In this document: positions 36,196-39,274 of the stretch, in pieces
How the letters are laid out: every line of letters begins with the position of its first letter
Position numbering within the stretch: the first letter of the stretch is position 1
Source: Candidatus Nanoarchaeia archaeon
GTDB taxonomy: Archaea; Nanobdellota; Nanobdellia; Woesearchaeales; DATDTY01
Direction: 5' to 3'
NCBI GenBank assembly: GCA_035290625.1
Contig: DATDTY010000068.1
Location: forward strand, 1-39,274
Length of the DNA stretch: 39,274 bases
The notes under the pieces: model-generated
What the model was told of the DNA's origin: nothing
Database searches by the model: none
The model's input: the letters and a program-made list of their open reading frames with translations, nothing else
Position numbers and translations under genes: made by a program

Positions 36196-37701
36196 TCAAA
36201 TGATTGCACCACAAGACTCTAAAGGCTCTCCATCCATCAGCCTTCTGAGTGCTGTTTTCAGCTCTTCAATCTTAATGCGTATCTGCTTTGTCGTGTCTCT
36301 TGAGCGGATCGTAATTGATTCGTCTTTCATTGAGTCGAAATCAAAGGTTATGCAGAAGGGGATTCCGATCTCGTCAGCTCTTGCATATCTTCGTCCGACG
36401 CTGCCTTTGGAATCATAAAACGTGTTAAAATCGTCTTTAATTTGACCATATACTTTTTTTGCATGCTCATCAAGTTTTGTGATCAAGGGGAATACTGCCG
36501 CCTTATAGGGGGCAAGCTTTGGATGGAGCTTCAGAACAATGTTGCCGCGCTGCTTGTCATCCTGATAGGCGTCGAAAAGGAAGACGAGGAACGCCCTATC
36601 AACCCCCTGAGAAGGCTCTGAAACAACATGGGGCACAACCCTTTTCTTTGTTTCCTCGTCAAAGAGGCTGAGATCCTGCTTGGAATGCTTGATATGCTGC
36701 TGGAGGTCAAAATCCCCCCTATCAGCAATGCCCTGCAATTCCTTAAAACCGAAGGGAAACTGATATTCGATGTCCCAGGTATCTCTCGCATAATGCGACT
36801 TTTCCTTCTCGAGATGCTGGCGGATACGGAAGTTACCGGGATTTGCTCCGTTGGCTGTGAACCATTCAATCTCCTTCGCAAGCCAATACGCCTGCCATTG
36901 GTTTTTTATGATGCTGGTGTTAAGGCAGGTCTCGATGGTCATCCTCTTCGGAGGAATGTTTTTTTCCTGCATCTCTGCAGAGAAGACGGCAAGCGTATGC
37001 TTCTGCACTCCATCAATCAGAGGGCATTCCTTCTTTTCAGGATGGCAAAAATACTCGATCTCCATCTGCTCAAATTCTCTGGCCCTGAAGAGGAAATCCC
37101 TGGGAGAGATCTCATTACGGAAGGCCTTTCCGATCTGGGCGATGCCAAAGGGGAGCTTCAGCCTTGAATTTTCTGCAATCAGCTTGAAGTTTGCGAAGAT
37201 GAGCTGGGCAGTTTCCGGCCTGAGATAGGCCTGGATCCCGCCTTCTGGGCCGATTTCCGTCTTGAACATGAGATTAAAGGGCTTTGCTTCCTGCAGCGTT
37301 CCTTTGCAATGCGGGCACTTGATGTTTTTTTCCTGGACGAGCTTTGTGGCCTCAGATACGGTCATGCCTTCTGTGGGAATATGAAGCGCATCTGCAATCA
37401 GATGATCCCCGCGGACCTTTTGGCGGCACTTGCTGCATGCCAGCATGATATCTTCAAAGCTTTCGACATGGCCTGAAGCTTTCCAGACAAAGGGATGCGT
37501 GATGATTGAGCCGTCCATACCTACAATATCTTTCCTTGAATGGACATGGAAATGCCACCAGGACTGCTTGATGTTGTTCTTCAGCTCTACTCCTAATGGA
37601 CCGTAATCAAAGAAGCCTGAAAGGCCGCCGTAAATCTCTGAGTTTGGATACACAAATCCCTTGCGCTTGCAGAACGCAGCCATTTCTTCTATGGTGAGCA
37701 T
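36196..37701 (-). CDS. glyS: Glycyl-tRNA synthetase (alpha2, archaeal/eukaryal type)
   Basis: YGGLSGFFDYGPLG, YLRPETAQ, FRNEISPR, REFEQME, GRRYARADEIG anticodon-binding domain. Confidence 0.97.
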   Translation of the reverse strand: MLTIEEMAAFCKRKGFVYPNSEIYGGLSGFFDYGPLGVELKNNIKQSWWHFHVHSRKDIVGMDGSIITHPFVWKASGHVESFEDIMLACSKCRQKVRGDHLIADALHIPTEGMTVSEATKLVQEKNIKCPHCKGTLQEAKPFNLMFKTEIGPEGGIQAYLRPETAQLIFANFKLIAENSRLKLPFGIAQIGKAFRNEISPRDFLFRAREFEQMEIEYFCHPEKKECPLIDGVQKHTLAVFSAEMQEKNIPPKRMTIETCLNTSIIKNQWQAYWLAKEIEWFTANGANPGNFRIRQHLEKEKSHYARDTWDIEYQFPFGFKELQGIADRGDFDLQQHIKHSKQDLSLFDEETKKRVVPHVVSEPSQGVDRAFLVFLFDAYQDDKQRGNIVLKLHPKLAPYKAAVFPLITKLDEHAKKVYGQIKDDFNTFYDSKGSVGRRYARADEIGIPFCITFDFDSMKDESITIRSRDTTKQIRIKIEELKTALRRLMDGEPLESCGAII

Positions 37702-37801
37702 GGCAAGGCAATGGTGAGAGAGGATTTATAAAGTATTTGGTGGAAAATGCTCTCGTAGAGAGTTATCGGGATGCAGTGGTTATTCAGTAGTTATTCAGTA
37801 T

Positions 37802-38884
37802 TTATTCCAAATTCTGCTGGCTACACATTGCATGTATTCCTCCTGCCATAGCTTTCCTTAGATTATAGGTGTTTGCCCATTGAGCATAGCCAGACCATCC
37901 TTGGAGGCTTTCGTGTATCGCCTCATAGGAGTATCGCCCCCCCCCAATTTTAGACATCTGCGGTTTTCTTTCAGAACTCTTTTGGAATTTCCTTAGATTG
38001 CTTCTTCTTAATAGCTTATAATGGTAGAAAATTCTGTATCCTAAAAAGGTGAGTCCATTTCTTAGCGGCATTATTTTTGATTTGTCAGTGTGAAGTTCTA
38101 ATTTTAATGTTTTAAGATAGGCATTTATTTTGTTTTGGCAGTGTCTAAGCGTATTTTTATCTTCATGGAGGACAACGAAGTCATCAACATATCGTATGTA
38201 ATATTTTGCTTTTAATTCGTGTTTCACGAAATAGTCCAATTCATTGAGATAGACATTGGCAAAGAACTGGGAGGTTAGATTCCCGAGGGGCATGCCTCTG
38301 CCTTTTACTTTTGTATCGAAATTGCTGAGGATTTTTTGGATAAGCCGAATAACTTTTTCGTCTGTTATTTTTCTTTTGATAATCCTTATCAAGATTTGAT
38401 GATTGACAGCCTCAAAATAGTGCCTGATGTCTGCTTTCAGCGCATAGCCTTGTATTTGGTTATTGTTTTGTGCATTCCTGACTTGTTTTCCATTCTTTGA
38501 TGCTTTTCTTTTAAATCTGTCAAATCTTGTGATGGCATTATGCGCTCCTTTCCTTAGTCTGCCTGCATAGGAGTCATAAATAAAGATTTTCTCATATATC
38601 GGCTCAAGAATATTGACAAGAGCATGATACACAACCCTGTCTCTGAACTTAGAGGCATGGATTACTCTTGTTTTTGGGTCTTTAATGATAAATCTCTGTA
38701 ATGGTTTTGGATTATAGGTTCCTGTTTCTAATTCATGCCGCAGTTTTTCCAGTTCGCTGCTGAGGTTTTTTTCGAATTCAATGACATACCATTTCTTTGT
38801 TTTTCTTTTTCTTGCCTTTTTGAAAGCCAATTCCAGGTTTTCCGGAGAACAGAGTTTTGTGTAAAGATTTTTGTAGGTTTTCAT
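37802..38884 (-). CDS. Reverse transcriptase of a diversity-generating retroelement
   Basis: 360 aa; PKTRVI...FRDRVVYHA, KADIRHYF, GMPLGNLTSQFFAN (DGR-type LGxxxSQ instead of QG), YIRYVDDF, FLGY; no maturase/endonuclease extension. Confidence 0.93.
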   Translation of the reverse strand: MKTYKNLYTKLCSPENLELAFKKARKRKTKKWYVIEFEKNLSSELEKLRHELETGTYNPKPLQRFIIKDPKTRVIHASKFRDRVVYHALVNILEPIYEKIFIYDSYAGRLRKGAHNAITRFDRFKRKASKNGKQVRNAQNNNQIQGYALKADIRHYFEAVNHQILIRIIKRKITDEKVIRLIQKILSNFDTKVKGRGMPLGNLTSQFFANVYLNELDYFVKHELKAKYYIRYVDDFVVLHEDKNTLRHCQNKINAYLKTLKLELHTDKSKIMPLRNGLTFLGYRIFYHYKLLRRSNLRKFQKSSERKPQMSKIGGGRYSYEAIHESLQGWSGYAQWANTYNLRKAMAGGIHAMCSQQNLE

Positions 38885-38898
38885 AGGTGCCCAAGAAC

Positions 38899-39006
38899 TT
38901 GGATTATTCCGATGGAGGAAGTCTCGTCTTTAGCAGATTTCGAGTTCGAGGGCTCCCTGTTGCAGTTGAGCCTGGCACCGCCAGCATCAGAGTCGAACCT
39001 GGCGAC
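38899..39006 (-). ncRNA. DGR template repeat (TR), approximate limits
   Basis: Non-coding region just upstream of the RT reads VARFDSDAGGARLNCNREPSNS..SSIGI with AAC codons, matching the C-type-lectin variable-repeat pattern of archaeal DGR targets. ccatcggaata matches ccatcggggta at the window end with A-to-G changes. Confidence 0.8.
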
Positions 39007-39233
39007 AAGCAGAGCAGAGTAGCAGATCCATCAAGGAACTGATTCATTCAGTTTCCGCTGGATGTTTCCAGCTTTCACCATGCCTTTAGTGTTCGCGTAA
39101 TCACTACTTGCTATCGGCATTGTATTTTATGGCATCATGTAAGGATGCGCTGATGAATCTGCGTGTAGCCCAAGTTCTGGGCAAGAATTATTTCTTTGTT
39201 CTCCTTTAATATGTTTCTCTTTTTCCCTGACCT

Positions 39234-39274
39234 TCATTTCCTCTGGAGAATTTTTGCCTGACGTACCCCGATGG
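39234..39274 (-). CDS. 3' end of the probable DGR target gene (end of variable repeat), running in from beyond the window
   Basis: Minus strand xCC ATC GGG GTA CGT CAG GCA AAA ATT CTC CAG AGG AAA TGA = IGVRQAKILQRK*, a GVR terminal motif typical of CLec-fold DGR targets, aligned with the TR 3' end. Confidence 0.7.
   Translation of the reverse strand, partial: IGVRQAKILQRK

Noticed and set aside
1..37800. A DGR variable repeat elsewhere in the window (e.g. in the giant surface gene)
   Set aside because: No ORF ends in an ARF...L.C...GVR-like segment and I saw no nucleotide match to the TR by eye; a computational search could still find a weak one.
37802..38884. RT as group II intron or retron RT
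   Set aside because: No QG in the motif before YxDD, no maturase/endonuclease extension, no domain V/VI downstream and no VTG retron motif. LGxxxSQ plus an adjacent TR and target end fit a DGR.
38735..39022. 95-aa plus-strand ORF as DGR accessory gene
   Set aside because: Antisense to the RT and TR; no four-helix-bundle Avd-like character.

Overview
Archaeal chromosomal DNA, most likely a DPANN/Nanobdellota (Woesearchaeota-like) organism. This is inferred from GatDE, CDC48, BHB-intron tRNAs, TATA boxes ~22-25 nt before start codons and a DPANN-type DGR. The window opens inside a giant repetitive cell-surface protein gene, followed by an IS remnant and a K+-independent membrane pyrophosphatase. 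A block of hypothetical/membrane genes follows, including a pilin-like-SHOCT protein and three tandem paralogs. The middle and right part holds housekeeping genes (adk, truD, gatE, gatD, cdc48, alaX, ssb, glyS), a glycosyl hydrolase/transferase cluster, two nucleotidyltransferase toxin-antitoxin-like loci and two intron-containing tRNAs. The right end holds a diversity-generating retroelement: RT, template repeat enclosed by a long-range inverted repeat, and the last 41 nt of the probable target gene. The most unexpected signal is a dispersed family of three intergenic 160-220 nt structured elements (13329-13501, 14974-15131, 28572-28791). They share ordered core motifs and a covarying central hairpin but have unrelated closing stems, and one copy is flanked by a perfect 9-bp direct repeat. 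All assignments are from reading the sequence; no searches or folding were run.
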